Source of the DNA: Macrostomum lignano
Lineage: Eukaryota
Assembly (NCBI GenBank): GCA_002269645.1
Contig: NIVC01001548.1
Location: forward strand, 186,001 to 250,000
DNA: 64,000 bases
Reading direction: 5' to 3'
Shown here: positions 23,501 through 36,805 of the stretch, piece after piece
Layout: the number at the start of each line of letters is the position of its first letter
Position numbering within the stretch: position 1 is the first letter of the stretch
Translations under genes and position numbers: made by a program
Notes under the pieces: generated by a model
The model's database searches: none
What the model was told of the DNA's origin: nothing
What the model saw: only the letters and a program-made list of their open reading frames with translations

Positions 23501-26500
23501 ATGGCGGACGAGGAGAACGGTGAGCAGACCGAAGCGACCGCCTCCTCCGCTGTCAATGGATACCGGTGAGCCGCAGCTTTCTGCAGTCAGCGCAATGGGC
23601 AGAATCGCCTCACCGCTGGTTTTGGACGATGTCGCCGAAGGCGTTGCGCCAGGGTGCGCGCAGCCCTCCTTAGCTCGTAGTAGCAAAACTCTCCTCGAAA
23701 TGTGCTCTCGGGTCTCTCTTAGCCGGTTTTCACAACTCTGCAATAGTCTGACGAGGCCTTAAAAAACTAATTGAAGTTACACAGACTGTCAACTGAATCG
23801 TATCAAGCTTGAGCAGTCTCCCGGCTCTCTGTTCCTCGGTTAGGAAATTTTTCCTCTTCGTTTCAGCCGGCCCGATCGAAGGCCCGCCCAGCCATCTGCC
23901 TGAGTCCTCATTATTTCCTAAGCGTGCCTTTTCTGCTTGCAGTCTGCGCTTCGTGCCGCTCCGATCATTAGCTTGGGGCTCCTGAGGCCTGGCTGCCCAC
24001 CTGCGCCTGCACCGTGCACTTTTGATGAGCCCCCATTGCCTAGCTATGCACAGCTGGACGATTTGAAACTCTGCTTTATCATTAATAGTCCTTGGCGATG
24101 CCTCAAGGACATCAAAACTGACTGGCCAACATCCTTGCCCCGTTTTCCATGACACAGCTGCCAGCTGCCCGCTGAGATGCCCTCCAGAGCTGAGTTCAAC
24201 GTGTGGAGCATCCTGAAAAACTGCATTGGCAAGGTAAAGTTGAGCAGACCTGGCGCCTAGCGGAATTTTTTATTTACGCGCGTACCCTCGTTAATTACGA
24301 GCGCGAGATAAACAGTATTTACCCTAGAACCAACAGGCCTACTATATTGTTCCTAAATTCAAAGTATTAAAATGAAATTCTTTGAAATGGTTCATTTTTC
24401 AAGTCCTGAAAGGGCTGGTTGGAAACGTGTCTGTAACTCTTGAAAGACGATTCCGCTTGGGCTTGTCGTGGGGTTCACGCTCGTGAGGGTCAACAGCACA
24501 ATAGTGTACATGCCTGGTGATGAGAAAGTCAGGGAAAGTTAGGAATGTCAGGAAAGTCAGAAAGTCAGAAAGTCAGGAATGTCAGGAGAGTCAGGAATGT
24601 CAGGAATATCAGGAAAGTGAGGAATGTCAGGAAAGTTAGGAATGTCAGGAAAGTCAGGAATGAGCCTCGCTTCATCATCCCCTCGATTTCAAACTTTTCC
24701 GAGCAAATCGCTTAAAAACTCCACTGAGAGTCTTGAACGCTGCTGGACAGCCAATCGTAGTAGCATTTTTGCCTGAGAAAGTCGAGCAGAAGCTGCTCTG
24801 CCGGCCCTCCTGCTGCTAAATTAACTTTCCATCGGCAGTCCGGCCCAGCGCCCTATTTAGATAGAGAGATTTGAGTCCCCCTGCCTGCCCTCTATTTCCC
24901 TGCTTCAGTCCGTCACGCCCGGGCACTCTGCACTGCTGCCGGCCGTCTCCTCTGTTCGTGTAATTTGCCCCCCCCAGCACTTGCGCGCACCCGGCCGGCC
25001 ACTAATTGCCCCGCCCGCGAAATTCCCCACCCCGCCCTCCAGCCCGTCCAGCTTCTCTCCTCCACCTCCTCTGAGCTGCGCTCGGACTTCAATCGCTGAG
25101 CCGGAACCGCGGGAAACTGCCGAGGTCACTGGCCATGCTGAGCACTATAGGTAGCGAAATTCCTGGGGAATTAATTCAAGCCGCGCAAAAAGGATCGATC
25201 CAGCCTCTCTGGCCCTCATCGATCTCAGGCTGAGGCCATTGCAAATTTTGGCCCCCAATTCTTCCCCAATATTTCTCTTAGCACCCTTGGGGACGCAGGC
25301 GCCGTTGCCAGGGGAAATCTCCTTCCCTGTCGGCTGCGCTAATCTCACTTCCAAGTCGCCCACAGGATCCTTGAATCAGCTGTCGAAGGAGAGCGAGTTG
25401 TACTTTTGTAGCCCGCCTGCTATTGGCTGCTTATGCGGAAAGGAACTTCTTTGTACTCGCATGCAGGAAGCGATCCAACGCACACCCAGTCTTATGGGCT
25501 TGTAGTCTGGCGGGACCGAGGTTCGATTCCGTTCGATTCTATAGGGGCATTGAGGGCCCATTGCCAGTGTGCACTGCCCGTCGATGAGAGAGTTGAAAAG
25601 GCCCACGTCCCGATTCGAACCCGCGACCTTCCCCTTCCCCCGTGCTCGCAGGAGCTGACCAAAATCGCCATGCCGGTGAACTTCAACGAGCCGCTGTCGT
25701 TTCTGCAGCGAATCTGCGAGTACCTGGAGTACTCGGAGCTGCTGTTCCAGGCTGAGCAGTGCGACTGCCCGACTGAGAGGCTGGAAGTAAGTTGGCTAAT
25801 TGTGCTCAGGTTTTCATTGGGCAACTTGAAGCTGGAAGATTGCGCCTTCTGAGCCGCCGCTGCACCTCCCGCAGCTCATTGCAGCATTCGCTGTGTCGGC
25901 CGTCTCCTCGAACTGGGACCGCCTGGGAAAGCCGTTCAACCCGCTGATGGGAGAGACCTATGAATTGGACAGGTGAGACTTGACAGGGTTAAGGATCTAG
26001 TGTGCTCTGTGCCTGGTTTTTGTGTCCCTTGGTTCGATTCACTGTACTCCTACTGGTCCTTGGTTTGATTCACTGTACTCCTATTCGGTCCTTGGTTCGA
26101 TTCACTGTACTCCTACTGGTCCTTGGTTCGATTCACTGTACTCCTATTCGGTCCTTGGTTCGATTCACTGTACTCCTACTGGTCCTTGGTTCGATTCACT
26201 GTACTCCTATTCGGTCCTTGGTTCGATTCACTGTACTCCTACTGGTCCTTGGTTCGATTCACTGTACTCCTATTCGGTCCTTGGTTCGATTCACTGTACT
26301 CCTACTGGTCCTTGGTTTGATTCACTGTACTCCTACTGGTCCTTGGTTTGATTCACTGTACTCCTACTGGTCCTTGATTTGATTCACTGTACTCCTACTG
26401 GTCCTTGGTTCGATTCACTGTACTCCTACTGGTCCTTGGTTTGATTCACTGTACTCCTACTGGTCCTTGGTTTGATTCACTGTACTCCTACTGGTCCTTG

Positions 26501-29500
26501 GTTCGATTCACTGTACTCCTACTGGTCCTTGGTTTGATTCACTGTACTCCTACTGGTCCTTGGTTTGATTCACTGTACTCCTACTGGTCCTTGGTTTGAT
26601 TCACTGTACTCCTACTGGTCCTTGGTTCGATTCACTGTACTCCTACTGGTCCTTGGTTTGATTCACTGTACTCCTACTGGTCGTTGGTTCGATTCACTGT
26701 ACTCCTACTGGTCCTTGGTTTGATTCACTGTACTCCTACTGGTCCTTGGTTCGATTCACTGTACTCCTACTGGTCCTTGGTTTGATTCACTGTACTCCTA
26801 CTGGTCCTTGGTTTGATTCACTGTACTCCTATTCGGTCCTTGGTTCGATTCACTGTACTTCTATTTGGTCCTTGGTTCGATTCCTTGTACTCCAACAGGT
26901 CCTTGGTTCGATTCCTTGTACTCCAACAGGTCCTTGGTTCGATTCCTTGTACTCCAACAGGTCCTTGGTTCGATTCCTTGTACTCCAACAGGTCCTTGGT
27001 TCGATTCCCTGTACTCCTATTTGGTCCTTGGTTCGATTCCCTATACTCCTACTGGTCCTTGGTTCGATTACCTGTAGTTCTAGAGGGTGAAGTACTTTTT
27101 TAGTCCTTTGTTTTTCACTACACTCACAGCGGTTTTTGGCCCGATCCGCGTTGCTCCCAGTGGTTAAATTGGTCTTTGGTCCGCGACACTGCCATGCCTT
27201 CCGCTATTGCCACAATCCATTTCACTGCAAAGCCAGTTTGGCAAGCGTTTCCCAGGGTGAATAAGCGCCAGTGCAGCGCCAGTGTAGTTGGACTGGACAC
27301 CCGCCCTTCTGCAGCCGCTTCTAGCAATGCCTGAAACAGCTGCGATCCATGCAGCCTTGCAAGTGGGCAAGGCGAGAGGGCCAGGAAACTGGATTCTGCT
27401 TTTCCATCTCTCTCTCTCCCTCTCGTTCTCCATCAGTGCTCAGGTGAGTCCGATGAGGACAATGGAGTAGTTTTAGTCAGTTCGCTTCCCTGGCCTGGGC
27501 TCACTGTGTGCTCAGTGGAGAGCACCAACAACGGAACCTCCTGCAGCCTGCATGGCCTCTGGCCTCATCTTAATAGTGCTTCCTGCAGCCTCCTCCTGCC
27601 GCTTTGCCGCTTGCAAAGAGTGAATTAAAACGGCCCCTATTTGATGGCAGGAGTACTGGTAGGTTGAAGTTGATTCAACCAGAATTCTAATAATATACAT
27701 GTATGGGCTTGCATGTATTCGTATTATGCACCTTGTATAAATAGCAGGAGAACTTTTGTGTGGGACTCAGGAGCTGTTGTTTGGTTTATGGCCATCTGGG
27801 ACTGCTGCTGGTGCTGTGTTGGGGGGGGGGAATTGGAATCGCATGCCTATTCAGTTTACTATAAATAAATTGATATGTTGGAGTTGGGAGAAAGCGCAGC
27901 ATCCAAACTGCAGCCAAGTTGAACATGGCATGGGTGACAGCTCAAGGTGAGAGGGACTGTCAAGAAGAGAAATGCGGGTTTAAGCAGCTATAGCCCTCTG
28001 TCTATCACTCCTAACCCTAGCCCTAGCTATAGCCCTCTGTCTATCACTAATAACCCTAGCCCTAGCTATAGCCCTCTTTCTATCACTCCTAACCCTAGCC
28101 CTAGCTATAGCCCTCTTTCTATCACTCCTAACCCTAGCCCTAGCTATAGCCCTCTGTCTATCACTCCTAACCCTAGCCCTAGCTATAGCCCTCTGTCTAT
28201 CACTCCTAACCCTAGCCCTAGCCCTAGCCCTAGCTATAGCCCTCTATCACTCCTAAGCCTAGCCCTAGCTATAGCCCTCTGTCTATCACTCCTAACCCTA
28301 GCCCTAGCCCAAGCCGTAACTCTAGCCCTAGCCCTAGCCCTAGCCCTAGCCCTAGCCCTAGCCCTAGCCCTAGCCCTAGCCCTAGCCCTAGCCGCCCTAG
28401 CCCTGGCCATAGCCATAGCCATAGCCTTAGCCCTAGCCCTAGCTCTAGCCCTGCCGTAATTACTTTTAGCGCTCTGCATGAAGCGTAAATAAAGCGTAAA
28501 GCGCATGAAGCATGTTAGTCGTAAATTTCTGCCGCAGAGTGTTAACAAAATTTTTCCCAAACGCATTTACTGCTTTTGGTCTCTGAAAGATAGAGTGACG
28601 AAGCTGAAGAAAAAAAATTGACTTTTAGAGTGCTTTCCCGAGCCAGAGTCTTGAGCGCCGAGAGGCTCGTTGGAGAGCCGGAACCGCTTCAGTGCGATGC
28701 GCCTATCGGGAGGCCGGGTTTGCTGAACCGACTGGGTGAGCGGCTGCACCTTTGCTTTGCCGAGGCCCCCTGCTGGGCTAATGGCCCGCAGTGGATCAAT
28801 AATTGATTGCTGGGGACTGGGAAAATGGAAGGAGGCCATGCGGCGCTGATGGCGGAGAGAAACTGCAGCTGGGACCGCCGAACAGATGATGGCATGTCGT
28901 GCGCTCACTTTCTACGTACTGGCGCTTTGGAGAGAGCCCAGTTTCTAAGCCTCATCAACTTCATTCTCGCTCTCAGATCAAATGTCTCCTTTTCTCTATA
29001 TTTCTGTCTCCCCAACCGGATAGAACAACGTGCTCATGCATGCATTTTGTTACAGTGCTTTAGTACAAGACCATTGTTCCTATGTACAAGACCATTGTTC
29101 CTATGTACAAGACCATTGTTCCTATGTACAAGACCATTGTTCCTATGTACAAGACCATTGTTACTATGTACAAGACCATTGTTCCTATGTACAAGACCAT
29201 TGTTCCTATGTACAAGACCATTGTTCCTATGTACAAGACCATTGTTCCTATGTACAAGACCCTTCCCAGTTTCTAGCACAGGATCATATGTGGACAGTCC
29301 GTTCTCCATGTAAGTTCTGTGGACCTGCAACCCTCAGAACCCACGAGCAGGGTGGCGGCTTCCGGATGGTGTGCGAGCAGGTCTCTCACCACCCGCCAAT
29401 CAGCGCCTTCCACGCCGAGTCCTCGGACAGCGCCTGGCGCTTCCACGGCAGCGTGACGCCCCGCCTCAGCTTCTGGGGAAAATCCGTGGAGGTCTGCCCG

Positions 29501-29993
29501 AAGGGCTGGGTGACGCTGGAGTTTCCCAGGCGCGGCGAGGTGTACACCTGGCAGAATGTGCAGTGCAAAATACACAACATCATCATTGGGAAGCTGTGGA
29601 TTGAGCATGTAAGAAGGGACTGCACTTCTCGGAGGTGCTACATGTAGTGCACTTTAAATGCCGAGATGGGCCAAAGTGACTAATTAAAAATTTTTCACGC
29701 CCAACTGCAGTTCGGCGACATGACAATCACCTGCCACGGCAGCGGCCGCAAGGCTGAGCTCAGCTGGCACCCGGCATCCTGGCTCAGCCCCAGCCACCAC
29801 CGGGTTGACGGCTACGTGTTCGATGAGGATGGCAGGAAAGTTCGGGCCTTGTACGGCAAGTGGCTTGACGCCATGTTCAGGTGAGCCTGTCTGCCTGTCT
29901 GCCTGCCTACCTGCCTGCCTGTCTGCCTTCCCGCCTGTCTGCCTGCCTGCCCGCCTGCCTGCCCGCCTGCCTACCTGCCTGCCCGCCTGCCTA

Positions 29994-30039
<46 letters not shown>

Positions 30040-30155
30040 TGCCTGCCTGCCTACCTGCCTGCCCGCCTGCCTGCCTGCCTGCCTACCTGCCTGCCCGCCT
30101 GCCTGCCTGCCTGCCTGTCTGCCCGCCTGTCTGCCTGCCTGCCTGCCTGCCCGCC

Positions 30156-30225
<70 letters not shown>

Positions 30226-31401
30226 ACTGTCTGTCTATGTGGCTGTCTGCCTGTCTGCGTGTCATTCTCGCTAGACTCGCCACAGTAGGAGCGGTCCGCT
30301 GCGTGTGGAAACACTATGAGCGCCGCAGAGATGAAGAGTCGCTAAGAGCGGCAAACCAAAGCAGGAGCGGAGGCTGGGGGAGCTGCTTCCCGCTGCTCCA
30401 TCCTCACTATTTAGCCAGCAGAAGCCGTGCAGGTGGCGGCTAGGCAATGAATTCAGCTGGGCCGGATTGAACCAGTTCGGGCTTTGAGAGGCGCCCCAGC
30501 ACCGGCTGTCACCTGCTTTACCTGAGCTGGTCTGGGAGAGCTCAGCTTATAGATTAGCAAGCCCCCAGCGCGTGCTAATTCTCGAATCCATTCCGTTCCC
30601 GGGGATTCGGTTAGTCCATTACCCATATGAGTTTTGACATAGGGGGTGATCTGGAGAGACGGAAATAGAGAAGGCTGGGAGTGCAGCATGCTCGAATTCT
30701 AGCACCATCCACCTTAGTTCTACTTTAAGTAATGTGAATGGCGGCTGAGAGAATTTGCCGCCCGGCTTTTCCATAGCCTGCCGGTGGAGGCCTGGAAGGA
30801 GCACAAGCGCAGCGGCGGCAGCCACCAATCGTCGCGTCGTCGCCACCATCAGCAGCGCGAAGTATCCTCATCGCCTCGCAACGGCAGCCCTAAGCTGCGC
30901 CCATCGAGTTTCATCGCCGCCAACAGCATCAGCAGCGGCTCAGCCGGCGACGAATCGCCGTCCAGGAAGGCAGCCAGCGACAGCGAGGACGGCCAGACGG
31001 GCCCGCCGAGTCGCGGGTCAGCGGCCGACCTGCGGCTGCCCGGCCAGCGGCTGCTCTGGCAGCTGGTGCAGCGGCCGCAGGGCTGCGAGCGCTACTACAG
31101 CTTCACCCGCTTCGCCATGCAGCTCAACGACTGCTCGGACGCCGAACTGATGGCGCGCCTGCCGCCTACCGACGCTCGCCGGAAGCCTGACGTGCGCGCC
31201 CTCGAGGCCGGTGACCTTGCGCTGGCGCAGGCAGAGAAGTCGCGCCTAGAAGAGAAGCAGCGCCGGCGCCGCGCTCAGTCGGACTCCGACGGCGTCTGGT
31301 TCCGCAGGTGGCGGAACCCGCACACCGGCAAGGACGGCGACTGGCGCTTCACGGGCGAATACTGGGCGCGCGACTGGGCCCGCTGCCCGGATATTTACTG
31401 A
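23501..31401 (+). CDS. OSBPL2: Oxysterol-binding protein-related protein, ORP1S/ORP2 type (ORD only), 7 exons, ~479 aa
   Basis: Exons 23501-23565, 24158-24233, 25652-25786, 25875-25972, 29338-29608, 29711-29880, 30777-31401, all GT-AG and phase-consistent. Motifs [88 protein letters not shown] and terminal CPDIY match the ORP1/ORP2 subfamily. Confidence 0.92.
24528..24662. repeat. 9-10-bp repeat (gtcaggaaa/gtcaggaat)
   Basis: Seen directly in ORP intron 2. Confidence 0.85.
26030..27075. repeat. 31/32-bp minisatellite (ttggttcgattcactgtactcctactggtcc), ~33 units
   Basis: Seen directly in ORP intron 4; many units contain GGTTCGATTC. Confidence 0.95.
27985..28455. repeat. Telomere-like array: 39-bp units containing taaccctagccctag grading into (CCCTAG)n
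   Basis: Seen directly in ORP intron 4. Confidence 0.9.
29063..29262. repeat. 21-bp minisatellite (tacaagaccattgttcctatg), ~9.5 units
   Basis: Seen directly. Confidence 0.95.
29885..30255. repeat. Compound (CTGC)n/(CTGT)n microsatellite
   Basis: Starts immediately after the GTGAGC donor at 29881. Confidence 0.95.
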
Positions 31402-32177
31402 GGCTGCAGTGCCGCCCCTCACCCCTGCTGGATTCCTATTGGCCGCGGAGAAAACAGCCAATAGGAGCGGGTAGAGCCGTAGCGAAGTGAAGAAAGGGGA
31501 GTGAGGTGGGTGGTTGAGGCGGATAGGGATTGGCTTGGGTGCTTTAACAGGTTGTTAGTTGCGGTTGACCTGGCTTGAATACTTGTTGGCTATCTCCATA
31601 CCATATTAGATGAATTCGGATGCATTCGAATGTACTTTATGCTTGTACTGTGATGCCCAAATTCAGCTCGGAAACATTCACACAATCGCGTACTGTCACT
31701 TGCCAATTTACTATGGAAAAAATTCTCTCTGGAAAAAACCAGACTTGATAATATTTTTAAATCCCCACTTTTCACACCCTGCGAATTTCTCTATTGTAGT
31801 GGCTCGCAGAAACAATAAATTTGACCTGCTTTCCGCATTCCTCTACTTACCTCAGTAGCGTCTTGGTAATATCAATAATTGAAATGCAAAAATCACAATT
31901 AGATTGGAGCTGGATTGCGTATTTTTTAATCTATTTATGTACCGGATCAAAGCGTAAATATTAAAGTCAACAAAATTCAGGATGCCTCTTGCCAAGTTTC
32001 TTATACACAAATACTGCACTGCTCAATAAATGATCATAAGAGACTAGCCATACTAGAAAATATATGTAAACCTGCAACACGGATAAAAATATATAGCATA
32101 TTGTGAGCTCTGCTAGGCATGATCGACAGGCTGTTTGCATTGATAACTGAGGAATAAAGCAGACAAAATCCCAATCG

Positions 32178-35100
32178 TCACACGCTGCTGATGGTTTGAA
32201 GGCGAAGCTGCTGCTCAAATTGCTGCTGTTGCTGCTGCGGCAGATGCAGCGGCGGCTGCACGGTCGTCGGGCGCGACTCCCGCCTGGCCGCGGCCGTGGC
32301 GGTGCGGCGCCAGAGCGCGGCAAGCAGTCGGCAGATCGCGGGCAGCAGCCAGGTGGTGGCCAGGCTGAGGACCAGCATGTAGGCCATGAGCACAGGGGCG
32401 CAGGCGGCCGGCGGCATGACGCGGCCGAAGTCGGGCCGGCCGTACAGGGCTGGCAAGATGCAGCGGCCGGTGAGCCCGGTTAGCAGGTTGCCGATGAGGA
32501 AGTAGGCCAGGCCGTGCTGGTCCACCAGCTGCAGGAAGGGGGACGCCGGCGGGGGAGGTGGCTGGGACAGGTGCTCGGACTGGTGCTCCCGCTGGTGCTC
32601 GCGCAGGTGCACATTGTTGGAGCTGACCGGGTAGGGGCCGGCCAGGGCCGCAAACAGGCAGGACGCGAAGGCGCAGGCGGCCATGTAGGCGCAGCAGAAG
32701 CCGAGGATCCACGCCACGTAGGCGGCGTTGCCCAGGCGCCGGGACTCCGGCAGGGCAAGCCCGGCAGCTGGCAGGACGCGGAGCGCCAGGGTGGCGGCGG
32801 CCACCGCTGCGCACCAGCCGGTCACGCGGCCGACATCAGCTGGCCGACGGCTGGCTAGGACGGGCAGGGCAAGACGGCCGACCTGCAGCGCCAGCAGGTA
32901 GAGGCAGTAAAGGCCCAGACAGGCCACCAGGCCCTCTCGGTTGGCCTCGAAGAAGCCGGCATCGCGTCTGGCGGTCAGAGCGGCCGCGGCCGCCGCCGCC
33001 GGAGCTTGTGCATCGGCCGCGGATTCTGGCCGGACGATGGTGATGGCCAGCCGGCCGACCGGGCCAAGGGCCACCTCGTAGGCGGCCAACAGGAGACAGG
33101 CGGGCAGCGCCGGCGGCAGGCGCGACTGTGGCGGCAGCAGCAGCAGCTCGGTAGCGGAGCCCACCATCTTCACTGCGGCAAGCGTAAAGAACACATTCCA
33201 GTCCCGGCCGTACTCCTCCACGGCCTGGGCGGTGGAGGCAGAGTCTGGGATGAATGCATCCATTGTTTATCCCACACTCCCCATCCTCGCTCCCACACTC
33301 CTTATCCCCGCTCCCACACTCCTTATCCCCGCTCACACACTCCTTATCCCCGCTCACACACTCCTTATCCCCGCTCAAACACTCCTTATCCCCGCTCACA
33401 CACTCCTTATCCCCGCTCACACACTCCTTATCCCCGCTCTCACACTCCTTATCCCCGCTCACACACTTCTTATCCCCGCTCACACACTCCTTATCCCCGC
33501 TTACACACTCCTTATCCCCGCTCACACTCCTTATCCCCGCTCACACTCCTTATCCCCGCTCACACTCCTTATCCCCGCTTACACACTCCTTATCCCCGCT
33601 CTCATACTCCTTATCCCCGCTTACACACTCCTTATCCCCGCTCATACACTCCTTATCCCCGCTCACACACTCCTTATCCCCGCTCACACACTCCTTATCC
33701 CCGCTCACACACTCCTTATCCCCGCTCACACACTCCTTATCCCCGCTCACACACTCCTTATCCCCGCTCACACACTCCCCGCTCACAAACTCCTTATCCC
33801 CGCTCACACACTCCTTATCTCCGCTCACACACTCCCCGCTCACACACTCCTTATCCCCGCTCACACACTCCTTATCCCCGCTCACACACTCCTTATCTCC
33901 GCTCACACACTCCTTATCCCCGCTCACACACTTCTTATCTCCGCTCACACACTCCTTATCCCCGCTCACACACTCCCCGCTCACACACTCCTTATCCCCG
34001 CTCCCACACTCCTTGGCCCCGCTCCCACACTTCTTATCTCCGCTCCCACACTCCTTATCCTCGCCCCCACACACCGTACCTGATCGGGTGCCACCGCCAG
34101 CCGCACCAGTCCGCAGCCGGTCAGCAGCAGGCACAGTACGGTCTGCTTCAGCAGCGCCGCCTGCCGCTGGTGCCGGTTGAGCGCCCGAGCCCGGCAGGTG
34201 GGCGCCGTCAGGCCCATCAGAAAGACGAAGCAGCCGAGGCCGACATCCATCAGGCCGGTGCCAAAGGTGCGCGTCTTGCCGAATGGAAGCCGAAAACAGG
34301 GTAAGTCCCTGGCGGAGCAGCAGAGGGGCGGAGGCTTTGAGATTTTGTTGGCTCAATGACGATGCATTTGGGAAGGTGGCAAACCCTAGACTAGAACAGT
34401 CACGGACCAATCAGAATCTGGGACGGAAGTGAACCAATCAGAATATGGGACGGAAGCGGACCAATCAGAATGTGGGACAGTCACGGACCAATCAGAATCT
34501 GGGACAGTCACGGACCAATCAGAATCTGAGAAAGTCACGGACCAATCAGAATCTGGGACAGTCACGGACCAATCAGAATCTGAGAAAGTCACGGACCAAT
34601 CAGAATCTGGGACAGTCACGGACCAATCAGAATCTGAGAAAGTCACGGACCAATCAGAATCTGGGACAGTCACGGACCAATCAGAATCTGAAAGTCACGG
34701 ACAAACCCGAATCTAGGACGGAAGCGAACCAATCAGAATCTAGGACGGAAGCGGACCAATCAGTACCTGGCGCTAAAGTGAGTCAATCAGTTTGGGAGAG
34801 TCACACACACCTGGCCAGAATGCAGGCGCATGTTGGCAAATAGATGAGGCCCCGAAACTCGGTGATGAAGCGCGCTCGGCCGGCCTGCTCGGCGCTGAAC
34901 GCGGGCTCCCCGAGTTCCGCCGGCAGCCACCAGAGCCACTGTCCCCGCCGCCGCCGGGCCAGCAGTCTGGCCAGGGCGGCCACATTGACCGCCACGGCGA
35001 CGACAGCCGAGACTGCCACAGGCACTGCGTAGCTGGCAGCCGGAAAGGTGACGATGCACAGGCAGAAGGCGCTGGTGATGAGGCCGTGGTCAAGCAGCAG

Positions 35101-35382
35101 GTGGCCAAGGCGGCCAGCGCGGTTCGCCAGGCCGGGCGCCAGACACAGCAGGGCATTCCGGCTGCTCAGGCCCAGCACGAGGGGCAGCACGGCGACAAAG
35201 ACTTCCCAGATGGCGCAGCGGACGGGCTCGGTGTGGTGCTTGAAGCCCGGCACCAGCGGGTGGTAGGGCGAGAACTCGCCAACCACCTTCTGCTGCTGCG
35301 GAGCCTGGCCCGCCACAGCCTGGATGGGGAGTTTGAACAGGCCTAGTTACTGCTGGGGATTTAACGGGCAGCTAACAAACAT
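32178..35382 (-). CDS. PIGW: GPI inositol acyltransferase PIG-W/GWT1, ~596 aa
   Basis: Exons 35382-35377 (ATG TTT micro-exon; uncertain), 35319-34811, 34308-34080, 33224-32178. Motifs RFITEFRGL..TCACILARD, GKTRTFGTGLMDVGLGCFVF, EEYGRDWNVFFTL, NREGLVACLGLYCLYL, SRRLGNAAYVAW and HGLAYFLIGNLLTGL correspond to the GWT1/PIGW motifs. Confidence 0.9.
33270..34065. repeat. 21-bp minisatellite (cacactccttatccccgctca), ~38 units
   Basis: Fills a PIGW intron almost from donor (34079) to acceptor (33225). Confidence 0.97.
34395..34770. repeat. 27-bp minisatellite (gtcacggaccaatcagaatctgggaca), ~13 units
   Basis: Lies in a PIGW intron; each unit carries ACCAATCAG. Confidence 0.95.
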
Positions 35383-35599
35383 GAACTAACAAAACTGAAC
35401 AAAAACATAAACAAAACACAGAATTTTTGACTATAGGGACGAGAACAAACAAAGGAATCTCATTGTTGTTTAAACGGTTTAGTGATCAGGGAAGCCCCAA
35501 GCGCTTTCTTCTGGTTTCCTATCAGAGAATCCCCTGAGTATTATATAAACGACTCGAATCGAACTAACAGGGGAATACCCTAGGGTCTATGTGTTTTTA

Positions 35600-36001
35600 A
35601 ACGAGTACCAATCAGGGAATCCCTAAGTGTTCTAAAACGAAACCAATCAGGGAATCCCTAAGTGTTCTGAGAATCAATCAGGGAATCCCTAAGTGTTCTG
35701 ATAATCAATCAGGGAATCCCCAAGTGCTCCAAAACGAGAATCAATCAGGAAATAACCAAGTCTTCAAAAACGAAACCAATCAGGGAATCCCCAAGTGTTC
35801 TGAGAATCAATCAGGGAATGTTCAAGAGTTTTAAAACGAGAATCAACCAGGGAATCCCTAAGTGTTCTAAAACGAGAATCAACCAGGGAATCCCTAAGTG
35901 TTCTAAAACGAGAATCAACCAGGGAATCCCTAAGTGTTCTAAAACGAGAAACCAACCAGGGAATCCCCAAGTGTTCTAAAACGAGAAACCAATCAGGGAA
36001 T
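35600..36001. repeat. 32-36-bp minisatellite (aacgagaatcaa(c/t)cagggaatccctaagtgttctaa), ~11 units
   Basis: Lies between the CYB5R stop and the PIGW start. Confidence 0.9.
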
Positions 36002-36584
36002 CAAACAAAAAGCAAGGCCAACAGAAGGTCGTGAATCGTGATGAGGGGAATACAAAATCCATATATATATTTAGTAGAAGCGATAAGAAATGGCGGGTAA
36101 CACCGAACTCCAAGAGGCATAAAGTAGGCGATTACAAAATCCGATCTAAAGAAAAAACTGCATGACTTGGCGCAGATTAACTGGGAAAAATGGAGCGGTT
36201 TTAGAGAATTTTTCAGTTTGCGGAAGTAGAATTAAAATATGGAAAATTACCGGACTGCAAAGATCAGAATGAATAGGCGGAATATTTATAAATATTAAAT
36301 TATATGAAGTTCCTACAACCGACTAACAATAAGTATAAACTATAAAACGATTTGCAATTCTAAATTATTAAAGCAAACAAACTCTAACTGCCTAGCCCAG
36401 CTTGGAGAGCAATATTACATGGATGAATTTGTTTAACTAAATAGCAGTACAAAACCGATACAAAAGGAAAGATTGGTCAATTCAATCGAATGAAAAAACA
36501 CCTTTTACCAATGTTTAAATAATACGAGCGTATTAGAATTGTACGGCGGATATTAGTATATTTAAATCAACGGCGTCAGACATG

Positions 36585-36805
36585 CAAGCTATAGAGACAG
36601 TCAACAAGCCTGTCCCAGCCAATCAGAGACAGTCAACAAGCTATTCATACTGTCCCAGCCAATCAGAGACAGTCAACAAGCTATTCATACTGTCCCAGCC
36701 AATCAGAGACAGTCAAAAAGCTATTCATACTGTCCCAGCCAATCAGAGACAGTCAAAAATCTAGTCCCACTGTCCCAGCCAATCAGAGACAGTCACCAGC
36801 AATCA
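36585..36805. repeat. 40-bp minisatellite (cccagccaatcagagacagtcaacaagctattcatactgt), ~5 units
   Basis: Immediately 3' of the CYB5R stop; the stop codon (36803-36805) sits in a terminal caatcag motif. Confidence 0.9.

Noticed and set aside
25585-25625. tRNA-like aaggtcgcgggttcgaatc on the minus strand
   Set aside because: Only the T-arm half is present, with no A box or cloverleaf, and it overlaps the ORP acceptor region.
33006-34410. Long HTPYPRS / HTLLIPA / SGDKECV ORFs
   Set aside because: Translations of the 21-bp intronic array of PIGW.
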